A stretch of 64,000 nt of DNA from Nematocida ausubeli (Eukaryota): contig NW_026515635.1 in NCBI RefSeq assembly GCF_000738915.1, positions 558,001 through 622,000 on the forward strand, written 5' to 3'. Positions 43,321 through 54,161 of the stretch are shown here, piece after piece (the stretch's first letter is position 1; every line of letters starts with the position of its first letter). Made by a program: the position numbers and the translations under genes. The notes beneath the pieces were generated by a model that saw nothing but the letters and a program-made list of their open reading frames with translations, did no database searches and had not been told where the DNA came from.

Positions 43321-44616
43321 CACATGCATTTACTCCTTTTTATTTTATTTCTGCGCACTACTTTCTACTTCTGTCCTCTACCTGTATACTTTACTACTAC
43401 AGAGTAGAGTGTGTGTTGTGATGATGCTACTGTGCTGCACCATGCATAAACATCCTGAATGACCTGCAGTATTGCAATACAGCACAATCACTTCTCTGCT
43501 ATGTCTGTAAGCTGACTGTAGAGCAAGAGTGTGCTATTTATAGTGTTCTTACATGAATGTATTTACATGCTGCTATACGTGTATTCTTCCTTTGGTATAA
43601 CCTATAGTATTGCTGATGTGGCACTCTGGTTGTGTTCTCTATGTGCTGGGCATACATAGCCTGTTTTGTGTATTAAGCTCTTCTGTGTGGTGTCAGCGCC
43701 CGGCTGGGTCTTTGAATTGTGCAGCTTTTTTGATTTTCCTGTGCTTTCGTCTTTTTTTAGAGGAAATAAGCCTTCTATCTAATATTTACACACGAAATAC
43801 AGAAGAGTTTATTTTTACATATATATGGAAAGTAAAAAAAATATACTACAGAAACATACAGGTTAGACCATAAAACATCTTAATTTTAACTATATATTCC
43901 ACAGCACCAGATCTTAATATAAAATATATTTTAAACAAGAAAACTAGGAAGAAATGTTCAATAAAAGGTCCATTTTAGAAGGTGCATCCTGACAGCACAG
44001 AACTTATATTAATTGGCAATAAAAATGATCCCCCATCAATAACTTATCTCTTTACTAGCATATTATTTGAAATTTAGAGTACTGCTTTCACTAGAAAATG
44101 CCAATGCATGCAGTAGTTTCCCCAATCAGAAATGTAGATGGTTGCTGGCTATTTAATTCAGGCTTTAGCCGCTAGACTGCGCGCAACAAGAGGTTTTTTG
44201 TTTATACTAAGCCGTCTTGCAACTTTAATGCTTAACATTTTATCCTATCTAAGATGAAAAACCAATCATATATAGATGAGATCAATAAATAGGCTGTCAG
44301 AAACTTCTTTCTAGGTATAGTATACATTAGAGAAGGCTTATAAATAAAAGCTAAAATAAATAAATTATGTTGGATAGAAAAACCAAGTTTAACACTTCAG
44401 CTTAGTTCACTTTATTTTAGACAATAGTTGCCCCGAAGTGAAATACCACCAATCTTTAGATGCACTAATATGTTAAACATGTATACATTCCGACTATATA
44501 AATATTCAGTGAAAATCATTGATCAACACATATAATTCAAATTGTCAATAGAAATGCCTTACAACTACCTCTGTGTTTATCCGTTACTATATATTGAAAG
44601 AGATTTATTTTATTTA

Positions 44617-47298
44617 ATGAAAACGCGTTTTTCTATTATTTGGATCAAGGTAGTTGCCTTAATCAGTGTTCTACTAATGAGCACTCATAGAGCAGATTTA
44701 TCAATAAGCGAAGTAGAGACTACTCTGCAGTTTGAAATTGCAACAGATGCTTCTCAAGTAGTGATCAATCCGGATGGTCCTCTTAACTTCCTCCGGGGAT
44801 ACATCTACCAGAAGATGGAGTGCATGTACAACAAAAGATTCTTTTCCCCACAGATTAAGACACATTACCTTTTAACAAAAGATGAAGACATGTCTGTCAA
44901 TTATGAAGTATATAAATACAATCGAAATGAACAGATGGACATGGCATACCCAACAAACAGTAAAGTAGATGTGTTTTCTAAGCAGTACCACACCCATCTG
45001 ATTGAGCTGTTTCCATCTCCCACTGGAGACATAAACATAGAAACACAAGGAAACCAGTCATTTATTCAGTTCCTTCGAGCAGAAAAAGTAGAAAAGCATG
45101 CATTGCAGATTCTAGCTATGCTGCTTCTTTTCTCAGAAGGGGTGGATATTCCTATTGACGTTAGCAACAAGGTACTAGTGGTATATGAACCAAACAAAAA
45201 AGACGAAATATACCTTGAAGTGCCTATGGAAATTCCATGGCTAAACCTTGTGGAAGACAAAGTACAAACATTCCAACAGAAGAAAGTTAAACAAATGATC
45301 AACTTTTTCCAGGAGAATGCAACCAATCATGAAGTACTTAGCTTAATGATGGATAAGTGCACGAAAGAGGAAGTTATGTCTGGAAAGTTCTTAGACAGTC
45401 CTAAGTTCCTGATCCAGTCGTACATATTCGGGTTCATAGACAGTGCACAGCGTGCAACAGAGTTTATTCGGACTGTGCACACTATGACAGAAAAATATGC
45501 ACCAAAGACAGAAACACCAAGTAAAGGTGACTGTGTGTATGACAGACTATTTAAGCGTGCTGGAACCGCAGCAAACATAGACTGCATGGCTCTAATGAAG
45601 AAAACTCAAGAGATTTTAAATACAAACCCGGCCTTCCCATTTGCTAACAGCGCGCAGATTCCTAGATATACATCTGTTCCTAGGTACAACCGAAAAACAA
45701 ACACCTTTTCTACTGATCATTTGAAAAACTACAGCAACTGCGTAGAGTGCATGATTCTTTCTCTCTTCTGCTGCCTGGCATATGATCCAGCAGGGAAAAT
45801 TTATCGAACAGACCACATGGGGAATGTCTCTAAAGAGCTTGAAGAATTCTTTTCTCCAGAGAGCCAGCCATTTGACACAACAAAGGCTGAATTACAGAAG
45901 AACTGGTGCACAGTTGTTGCGTGCTTAGACGAGCCTAGCATTGCATACTGCAGAAAAAGAAACGAGTTAGACTGTGGTCTTATAAACATGCTCATGGTTA
46001 TTGCTGAAGTAGTAAATGCCTCTAGAGAAGAAAAAAACAAAATACTTGGCTTTTCAGAGATATTAAAGGAGAAAAAGGGTGAATTGAAAAATGAACTATT
46101 GACCGGTATTAAAGAGTACACAAAGGCACTACTTAAACGCCTTTCCAAGATAGAAGATGTAGAAATAATGTTTTCTGATATTAAAAGTGCTAAGTATAAA
46201 AATGGAAGATATGACATATCTGGAAAGGCCACTATCATATTTGAACACGGTGAAATTAAGAACGCAATAGATTTAGATATAACCAAAGAGCACAGTTCTA
46301 TTAATCTAAAGCCTACTGCTATGAATTCTGAGGATGCCAGAATGGAGAAAATGAATGAAATAGCAGCCAGTTGTAAGAATGGAGCCTCGTTTGTTGAAAG
46401 TCTATTCGCTACATATGTGAGCTATGAAGTGCGAAAGATGGATGTGTCTGAGGATAATAACAAAGAGTTTATAAAGAGACAGATACGCAAGACCATCGAA
46501 AACAATTTCACAGACATCAATAGACTTCTTTTGATAAAGAAAATCAATGACATTTACTTCAAGAAAGATTTAGTTACATGCTCTATCATATACACTATAA
46601 ATCAAAATCTATTACCAGCCCATCCCATTGTTCGCTTCACCTCCAACATAGTAGGAAGCACTGAATTAGACAATTTGTATACTCAACTACAGATTCTTCC
46701 TCCAATTATTTTTGTAGACATGCTTAGTAAAACAGGTAGTAGTAATCTCAACTATCCAAATATAAAATTGGAAAAAGCCTGCCACGACCTTGTAGGTTAT
46801 AATTTGTTTGCCTGTTTCTTCCTTAATTATATAATAGATTGTGATATGAATGTTTTCATAAGGTGGATTAAATCCTATATAGACAATCTTTACACACAAC
46901 ATGGTGTATGTTCTAATATATTATTAGACTCTTCAATGAGCAGAAAGATCTGTCAACATATATTCAAAGATGGAACTATGAAATATTCTGACATAATTCA
47001 TGATTTTATGGTTGAAAAACACCACAGAAAGGAAGATGAGATAGTAAGCATTGTACACTTCATATGGGCAGCATATCTTTGTCTTATGGAAAGCCCAAAT
47101 ATAGAGCTGATTAGAAGAAACTTAAATTCTATTCGAGAAACCAAGCTTATTTCATGGAGCTGTATTTATTATTTTGAAGCTCCTTCTATGTTCAGAAAGG
47201 CAATTCAAATGCTGAATGTTCTAAAGGATCAGCTATGTGAAGATGAAAATGACACTAACAAGATTGGTCCGATCATTGAAGCGCTTACAAATATTTAA
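44617..47298 (+). CDS. Nematocida large gene family (NemLGF1-like) secreted protein, full length
   Basis: Signal peptide MKTRFSIIWIKVVALISVLLMSTHRA; INPDGPLNFLRG, MYNKRFFSP, LFPS, ILAMLLLFSEG, SPKFLIQSYI, YSNCVE, CCLAYDP, NELDCGLINML. Confidence 0.85.
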   Translation: MKTRFSIIWIKVVALISVLLMSTHRADLSISEVETTLQFEIATDASQVVINPDGPLNFLRGYIYQKMECMYNKRFFSPQIKTHYLLTKDEDMSVNYEVYKYNRNEQMDMAYPTNSKVDVFSKQYHTHLIELFPSPTGDINIETQGNQSFIQFLRAEKVEKHALQILAMLLLFSEGVDIPIDVSNKVLVVYEPNKKDEIYLEVPMEIPWLNLVEDKVQTFQQKKVKQMINFFQENATNHEVLSLMMDKCTKEEVMSGKFLDSPKFLIQSYIFGFIDSAQRATEFIRTVHTMTEKYAPKTETPSKGDCVYDRLFKRAGTAANIDCMALMKKTQEILNTNPAFPFANSAQIPRYTSVPRYNRKTNTFSTDHLKNYSNCVECMILSLFCCLAYDPAGKIYRTDHMGNVSKELEEFFSPESQPFDTTKAELQKNWCTVVACLDEPSIAYCRKRNELDCGLINMLMVIAEVVNASREEKNKILGFSEILKEKKGELKNELLTGIKEYTKALLKRLSKIEDVEIMFSDIKSAKYKNGRYDISGKATIIFEHGEIKNAIDLDITKEHSSINLKPTAMNSEDARMEKMNEIAASCKNGASFVESLFATYVSYEVRKMDVSEDNNKEFIKRQIRKTIENNFTDINRLLLIKKINDIYFKKDLVTCSIIYTINQNLLPAHPIVRFTSNIVGSTELDNLYTQLQILPPIIFVDMLSKTGSSNLNYPNIKLEKACHDLVGYNLFACFFLNYIIDCDMNVFIRWIKSYIDNLYTQHGVCSNILLDSSMSRKICQHIFKDGTMKYSDIIHDFMVEKHHRKEDEIVSIVHFIWAAYLCLMESPNIELIRRNLNSIRETKLISWSCIYYFEAPSMFRKAIQMLNVLKDQLCEDENDTNKIGPIIEALTNI

Positions 47299-48500
47299 AT
47301 GCTCTTTTTTACTTTTAGTGATGATTTTTTATCCCTTCATGTGGTGCATTGGATTAGATACTTTTCTAGCCAGAGAGGTTTTTCTGCTCATTTACAATAA
47401 AGGCTTCTCTCTAAATTATTTTTAAATAATTTTATTTAAATTATTCTTCACGTATACATTTTTTAGAAAGTGGTGTTTATTTACTTTTATTATGGAAAGA
47501 TCTTGGAAAATCGGAAAAACGCACATATTTAAAGAACCATCTTCCTGTAGAAGAGACAGTGCATGGATGAATATATAGAGGCATTTCCACTCTTCAAACG
47601 CATGAAGATCTTCAAATGGGTGTGTAGAGTCAGAAATCAGAGTGCTGCTGTATTATACTTGTGAGAGCCGCATTATCATAACAAGCCAGCATGCATATAC
47701 TGTTGGCTTCCACTACCTTGAGGGCATGTAACTCTCTTCTTGGTTCAGCAATATAGATTCATGTTGGTTGTTTCCTTCTAGATTTTAGCTATAGTCCAAC
47801 ACGCTATAAGGGGCTCTGCTTGTAGCTGAGTTTTTCTCTTCAAATATTAGACTTGATCCTACTAAACTTGGATATAATTTATTTCTCATTGTCTATATGG
47901 TTTGTAAAGTGGAAATTGATTAATGCTTGTTTACACAACAAACAATGTCTCCACAACAGATCGTAGTGTGCCATCAGGTATCACACAAACATAGGTTACT
48001 ATTATTCGACATATAAACAAGTAGAGCCCCTTCTAGTGTGTTGTCTTTCAACCAAAGCCCGAGAGGCAATGTCCAACATCTAACTACATTGCTGATCAAG
48101 AGAGAGGCTTCTTGACCTAAAGGTAAGGAAAACCAACAAAAATAATAACAAAAGGCATCTTTAATGTTATTTATACCGATATCTCTTAGATATATACTCA
48201 TATAAAGTGTTTATGTCTTAAAACATTGGAAATGAATCGCCAACCAGTTTAAATGTTATGCTTATTTAAATAACTTCTAAAGAAACACATTCTACATGGA
48301 ACTTAAATTTTCTGCTAAAGCAAGAGAAGCAGCCAACTTAAGAGACATATAGATTCTGTCATGATTATAGTAGAGGTTTGCAGGGTCAAGAAGTAATGTT
48401 TATGCTGCAAAATGAGTTTATGCTTCAATATATGGATTTATTCTTAATATTTAAAATGAGACTCTTTTTCTGCACACTTTATTTTTCTGGAATAAAACTA

Positions 48501-48890
48501 ATGGAAGTATTTGTACAAGAGTTTAAAACACTCCAAAAGGTCATATATAAGTCAAAGAATGCACACCGGTGCACTCTTTACTACAAACACACAGTGCACG
48601 TAAGTCGGCTAATTAAAAAATATCTAAGCACAGATGGTACAAAAAAGATAAAAGACCTGCTACTCTCTGACATACAGGACAAGTGCATGACTGCTTATGT
48701 TTCTCTAAGCAGCAACATTGCCCAGGGGCACAACCTTGCGCTTAGCATAGGCCTTATGGCTATTATGGCTCAATTGTACAGTACAAGTAAAAAACTTAAT
48801 TATACAGACGCAGTGCAGGCTACATCATATATTGTACACGACATAGAGAGCAGCTCGGAAAAGGATGAAATAAGTGATATATTCAAATAA
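48501..48890 (+). CDS. Rmp1/NEPRO(DUF4477)-like RNase MRP subunit candidate
   Basis: QEF..L..VIYKSKNAHR...Y.....VSR; AY..L...IAQG..LAL...LMAI.A.L; C-terminal DEISDIF. These resemble the yeast Rmp1 elements NKNQHR, G.F..L and EIDDIF. Confidence 0.6.
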   Translation: MEVFVQEFKTLQKVIYKSKNAHRCTLYYKHTVHVSRLIKKYLSTDGTKKIKDLLLSDIQDKCMTAYVSLSSNIAQGHNLALSIGLMAIMAQLYSTSKKLNYTDAVQATSYIVHDIESSSEKDEISDIFK

Positions 48891-49389
48891 AAGATGGGAG
48901 ATATGCTTTCTATAGCTTTGGGGCTTTAGGGCTTTTAAATTGTGGAATTGTGTGTATACTTATACTAAATGGTATATAACTAGTTGGTATTATAAAAAGA
49001 AAATATAACACATTTATGCAAATCTAGTGTGTTTTAGAGAAAGAAATTCCACAAGAGAATGAATAGATGATATGCATAGGTGCATGCACATATTCTTGGC
49101 TAACCCCAAGTGGCTGTGCAAGGATAACAGTTACGAATAACAAACAGGTCACACAGTGCATACTAATTAAAGAGAAGCTGCAAATATTAAGCTAGTTAGC
49201 ATAATAAATAAAAGTGTTTTTATAGTGCTTTTACTATTAATTCTATTAGTATTAATCTACTAAAACTGCTTGACAGCATGCATTTTGATATTTTCTAAGA
49301 CACATATTAGGCAATAACTCTAAATATCAGGATTTCTGCATTTTTTACTACTTCTATAGCTTTTCTAAAGACTATTCGCATGTGTAAAA

Positions 49390-49974
49390 TTAAAATCTGT
49401 CAAATGGAGTAGACAAATATCCTGCTTTTTCTGTATAAAAGAAAGACTCATCACGCAATTCGCCATTTAGGCTTGAGTTTGTATCTAAAGACCAGAACTC
49501 CATAGGAGGAGCTGTAGGAATAGTGCTGTCTAGTTCTATGGAAGGAGCTGATGGTGCAGGGGAAGAAGCAAATGAGTCTTTTTCTGTATATGCAGGAGGT
49601 GCATCATAGGACACATTTTCTGCAAATTTAACAGTCTTTTTTGAACGATCTAATCGAGTTGCTTTTACTTCATGGCTGTATCTAGGTAAAGTCTCACCGC
49701 TAGCTCTTGCTCCTTCTATATTTGATCTTCTGCTGTTTACTCTTATAGAGGAATGATTTTTTACAGCCAGTACAATTGCAATAAACAGTACAATTACTAC
49801 AAATGCAACAAGTACACTATATGCATCTTCTATATGTAACTCTACTGTCCCCAATGAGTTATTTCCTTCAACTATGGTAGATGAAACTGGAATAGCTAAA
49901 ACTGGCTGCACTACGCGTGGTGCTGAGTGGTAGTTATATGTTTGTTTAAATACATGTGATGTTTGGTACTGCAT
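49390..49974 (-). CDS. Single-pass membrane protein with PSAP/PTAP/PPxY/LPxY and RVxF motifs
   Basis: TM YSVLVAFVVIVLFIAIVLAV; the tail contains LPRY, KKTVKF, PPAY, PSAP and PTAPP. Confidence 0.78.
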   Translation of the reverse strand: MQYQTSHVFKQTYNYHSAPRVVQPVLAIPVSSTIVEGNNSLGTVELHIEDAYSVLVAFVVIVLFIAIVLAVKNHSSIRVNSRRSNIEGARASGETLPRYSHEVKATRLDRSKKTVKFAENVSYDAPPAYTEKDSFASSPAPSAPSIELDSTIPTAPPMEFWSLDTNSSLNGELRDESFFYTEKAGYLSTPFDRF

Positions 49975-50331
49975 TTTGTATATTTGATTATTTAAATTTT
50001 TTCATTTAATTCCCCAAATAGTAAAAAAATAATACTAGTGTGATGCTATATGATTAAAAAACAAACCTTCTTTCTTAATATATACGGGTCTCTTTAATAG
50101 GATAATAAATAGCCGCGAAAACTAGCAGTAGAGCATGAAAATTCAATAAAGATGCTTTAATTTAAAGAGCTGCGGGTAAGAAGCCCATCCAAATCCTTGT
50201 GCAAAGGAAAATCAGCTCATGCCAGATCTTTCTAAGTTCTTATTGTAACAGAGCATATCAGATAAAAACAAATAGATAATAAAGAGTTAAATATCAAATC
50301 ATTTTATTAAAGATAAAATAAGATGGTATGA

Positions 50332-52749
50332 TTAAAGGTCTTCCTTGGGGATGAACTCTTCTGCTTCTGCTTCGGGAGCCTTCTGTGATTCTGGCTTTGG
50401 TGCTGCCTCTTGTCCTTCTCCAAGTGCTGCATAAGCGGATGCGAGATCTGCGAGTTTCTCTTGTATCTTCTGAATCATCTCTTCATCACCAACATCATTC
50501 TTGTTCTTAACTTCCATTTCGACCCAGAAACTGGCTTCTTTATAGAGGTCACCAAGCACCTTCTTCTTAGGATGGGTGTCTGGTAGCATAGCAGACTCTT
50601 CTCTGAATCTGAGAACGGCTTCCTCAATTTCCTTGACTTTGTCGCACTTCTCAATCCATTTAGCTTCTGTTTCCTTTGTTTTCTCATACTTGCTGTTAAG
50701 CTCCTCAATCTCTTTGTCGGTAAGTCTTGTCTTTTCCTTTGTTATTGGAATGGAGTTTCCGTTTGCAAGGTCAGTTCCGTCTTCTGCAACTTCAGTGGCC
50801 TTAACAACCATGTGCCCAGAGCTTCCAAAGTCAAAGGTGACCTTGATCTTCTTCTTTCCTCTAGGGAGCTCATTGTTTGGCATGTTCAGATCAAAGGTGC
50901 CAATGACCTTTGTGTTACTGAATCTCTTAGTAGTAGAGTGTGTCTGCCCCACAACAATCCGCACAGACTTCTGTGCATCAGAGGTTGTAGTGAAGTACTT
51001 CTCAAAGATATTTGGCACCTGTGTTCCAGCTTCTGCCATAATATCAAACATGTCTTGGTCTAGCTTGATTCCCATGTTCATAGGAATGGCGTCAATCAGA
51101 GCAACAAAGTTATCCTCATCAATCATGTTTTCAAGGGATGCTGCATAGTATGCTGCACCAACTGAGACACATGTGTCGGGGTCAAGATCAAAGCAGTGGT
51201 TGGCCTCAGTGAACTCGCTCATAAGAAGTCTTCTTATACCGAACAGTCTGCTGGATCCTCCTACGTAAAGCACGTGCTTGACCTCATCTTTTGAGTTTAC
51301 AGTCTTGAGCTTCTGAATCAGACCTTCTGCCTCGTCTTTTCCAGGGTGGGGCCCAACGTTGTGGTCAAGAAGCTTCTTTATCTCTCTGTAGATTGGGTCG
51401 CAAAGCTCCTCCAGCTTGTTTGCTGAGAGCTCTAGCTCGCAGTCGATTTGCTTTCCGTCTGAAAGCTCAATTACAAGGTTTCCTTTCACAATCTCATTGG
51501 TCTTGCTGTAGTCTGCAGGTCCTTTGCTGTTGTTTCTAATAAGATCCTTTCTGATTTTGTCATCTACAGCATTCTGCTGGTTGCAGAGATTTATCTTCAT
51601 CTCCTCAACAAGGTATCTCATACGAAGGGATGTGTTAATAGGGAAGTTGCTGGAGTCTATGTTGTACTTACTCTTGAGCTGTCTTTCAAACTCTGCGTAA
51701 ATAAGATCGTTGATGTTCTCTCCTCCCAGGAAGTTGTTTCCTACGTGCCCATCCACAATAAGCACATCGCTGTCTGCGCCCAGATTCAGATATGAGATAT
51801 CCAGAGTACCTCCTCCAAAGTCAAAGACCAGGAAGTTCTTCTCCTCCATGTCTGAAAGCTTCTTTGCTCTAGCACATGTGTATGCATATGCAATAGCTGC
51901 ACTTGTTGGCTCGTTAATAATACCGTCCTCGTGGATGTTCAACAACGAGTATGCTGCTGCATCTCTTGTTTGGTCCTTCTGGTCAATGTTAAAGTATGCG
52001 GGCACTGTAATAACACAGGTCTTCTTTACTGCAGCCTCGGCCTTCTCTTCTGGTGATCTCTCTGAGGGTCTCTTATACCACTGGGCTTCAAACTTCAGAC
52101 GAAGCTCTTCCAGAATAAGAGTGCTCAAACCCTTTGGGGTAATCCAAGCGATCTCCTTTCCTGCATTGTCTGTAATGGTAATAGCAAGCACTTGGCTGCT
52201 GATTCCCATGTCATACTTCTGCGCAATTCCGTACTTCACGTTCTTGCTGGTGGTCTGGATTACGTCCACATCCTTGGACTCTGCTAAGCTTCTTGCAAGA
52301 AGTGGCTTGAATCTGTATATATAGTTTCTTACAGAGCTCTTCTCATTTTTCATTTTTTCAATTGCTGGCCATCCAACAATAGGAGTAATGAGTCCTTTGA
52401 AAGCACTCTTAATCCACATACCATTGTAGTAGTAATGGTCTCCCTTGGTATCCTCCTTTCGAATTATATCCATTTGCTCAATAACACTTTTAGAAAGCTC
52501 ACTCTCATTCTTTACATCCATCTTTATAAAAGAAGGCATGCTCACTTTTCCATCTATTTGTATTGTTTCCACAGTTTTCTTTGCTTTATCAAACACTGAG
52601 ATAACAGAGTTGGTTGTACCCAAGTCTATTCCCAGCACAAGATTACTCTTTGCACTTGCAGTCTCCGCTGCCATTAGCTTAGTGAGGTTTGTCATTCCCA
52701 AAACACTCATAGCTGTAGCACCAACTACTCTTCTAAGGAATCTCGCCAT
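50332..52749 (-). CDS. ER-type Hsp70 (BiP/Kar2-like), divergent, with insertions
   Basis: GIDLGTTNS, VITVPAYFN, INEPTSAAIAY, VFDFGGGTLDIS, LYVGGSSR; N-terminal signal-like segment; ends in KEDL. Confidence 0.88.
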   Translation of the reverse strand: MARFLRRVVGATAMSVLGMTNLTKLMAAETASAKSNLVLGIDLGTTNSVISVFDKAKKTVETIQIDGKVSMPSFIKMDVKNESELSKSVIEQMDIIRKEDTKGDHYYYNGMWIKSAFKGLITPIVGWPAIEKMKNEKSSVRNYIYRFKPLLARSLAESKDVDVIQTTSKNVKYGIAQKYDMGISSQVLAITITDNAGKEIAWITPKGLSTLILEELRLKFEAQWYKRPSERSPEEKAEAAVKKTCVITVPAYFNIDQKDQTRDAAAYSLLNIHEDGIINEPTSAAIAYAYTCARAKKLSDMEEKNFLVFDFGGGTLDISYLNLGADSDVLIVDGHVGNNFLGGENINDLIYAEFERQLKSKYNIDSSNFPINTSLRMRYLVEEMKINLCNQQNAVDDKIRKDLIRNNSKGPADYSKTNEIVKGNLVIELSDGKQIDCELELSANKLEELCDPIYREIKKLLDHNVGPHPGKDEAEGLIQKLKTVNSKDEVKHVLYVGGSSRLFGIRRLLMSEFTEANHCFDLDPDTCVSVGAAYYAASLENMIDEDNFVALIDAIPMNMGIKLDQDMFDIMAEAGTQVPNIFEKYFTTTSDAQKSVRIVVGQTHSTTKRFSNTKVIGTFDLNMPNNELPRGKKKIKVTFDFGSSGHMVVKATEVAEDGTDLANGNSIPITKEKTRLTDKEIEELNSKYEKTKETEAKWIEKCDKVKEIEEAVLRFREESAMLPDTHPKKKVLGDLYKEASFWVEMEVKNKNDVGDEEMIQKIQEKLADLASAYAALGEGQEAAPKPESQKAPEAEAEEFIPKEDL

Positions 52750-52838
52750 AGTAAAACTAAAAAAAAACTCTTTAAATATTTTTAATTTTAATTGTTAAAT
52801 CATTTTGGTAATTTAAGCCATTCCGAACTAAAATTTAA

Positions 52839-54161
52839 ATGAAAAGGAAAATTCCAGAAGAAATTCTAAATGAAATCATTACTGCCATTACAGACGCATC
52901 GAAAATAAAGGAAACATTTGACAATCTTCAAATATCCATACAGGATACCGCAGAGACCGAGGTGTCCAGCACGCAGACGCTGAAGGAGTACCTAAAGGAG
53001 AATCTTGTGGCCAAATATGGACGGCACACAAGCAGCGAATTTGGGACAATGGCTGAGATAGTTATTAAGAAAGAGACTGTGTCGGTGAAGCTCGTGAACG
53101 ACTCCATATATGTATCTGGTAGGTACCGAAAAAATAAACGAGGAATATCCAACACCCCAATGGTATTTGGGGAGGGCCTTCCTAGCAGGAGAAAGCGAAA
53201 GAAAATGGAAAAAGCAGCTGCTGAGCTCAATGGTCTTCAAGTCATCCAGGTGATAAATGCTGAAGAGACAGAAAAGCAAAGCGTTTACATGGATGCGAAT
53301 AGAGACAAAACAAGCACTGCACAGAATGCAGTGAGTGCTTCTGCAGAGCAGCCAGAAGAAAGAATGCCAGCTGTTTCTGACTGGATTGATCCATTAAAAG
53401 AGTATTTTGGCAGTAATAAAGCTATTTTTATCTCAGGAGGGCGAGAAGACTATGATGTATGCATGCTGGGGAATGGAAGGCCATTCATCTGCAGAATAGA
53501 AAATCCATCAAGAAACCTTCCTAGAAAAGTGGGAGCACTGTGCACTGTTATGACTGAGAGCGGAAAAGAGGCTGAGGAATACACTGTAGAATACAAGCCA
53601 CATAACATAAAGTACAAGATGAGCAGAGATGTGGAAATATTAGAAACGCGTTTAGTAGAAGGCGCTGCTTCGATGAAGGACTTGAAGGCAATTGAGGAAG
53701 TGCACTGCAAGGTGTATGGAGTGCGTGTGCGATGCCTGGCGCCCCAAGCAATGGTTATAAGCCAGCTGCTTTCCACATATTGGAAAGAGGATGCTACTAT
53801 TGTAAAAAACGTGGGCAGGAGGGAGTTTGTTTTAAAGGATACGTGCTTAAAGCTGAGCCAAAGAACGCCTATTCGTGTTTTGCAGAGGCGGGCTAACATG
53901 GTGCGGGATAAGGTTATTCATAAATGCAGAGTATCTATAGAGAGCGCGCAAGATGAAGATACTACAGTTATATCTATTGAACTTAAAGCATCATCTGGCA
54001 CATACATAAAAGAGTTTATTAATGGGGACATGGGTCGAACAACTCCTTCCTTGTCAGAGGTGGTAGGGGAGTATTGTGCTGTGCTGGAATTGGACGTGCT
54101 GTCAATAGAGGACACGTTTCCAAGCAAGGAATATGTTCTTGGGGAAGTCAATCTTGTTTAA
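52839..54161 (+). CDS. PUS10: tRNA pseudouridine synthase Pus10
   Basis: GRYRK..RGISNTP, GGREDYDVCMLGNGRPF (catalytic Asp), QRTPIRVLQRR, GTYIKEFINGDMGRTTPSL, LELDV. Confidence 0.93.
   Translation: MKRKIPEEILNEIITAITDASKIKETFDNLQISIQDTAETEVSSTQTLKEYLKENLVAKYGRHTSSEFGTMAEIVIKKETVSVKLVNDSIYVSGRYRKNKRGISNTPMVFGEGLPSRRKRKKMEKAAAELNGLQVIQVINAEETEKQSVYMDANRDKTSTAQNAVSASAEQPEERMPAVSDWIDPLKEYFGSNKAIFISGGREDYDVCMLGNGRPFICRIENPSRNLPRKVGALCTVMTESGKEAEEYTVEYKPHNIKYKMSRDVEILETRLVEGAASMKDLKAIEEVHCKVYGVRVRCLAPQAMVISQLLSTYWKEDATIVKNVGRREFVLKDTCLKLSQRTPIRVLQRRANMVRDKVIHKCRVSIESAQDEDTTVISIELKASSGTYIKEFINGDMGRTTPSLSEVVGEYCAVLELDVLSIEDTFPSKEYVLGEVNLV

Noticed and set aside
47460..48240. Possible decayed gene or retroelement fragment
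   Set aside because: Composition looks slightly coding-like, but all frames I read are interrupted and no RT/integrase/transposase motif could be identified.
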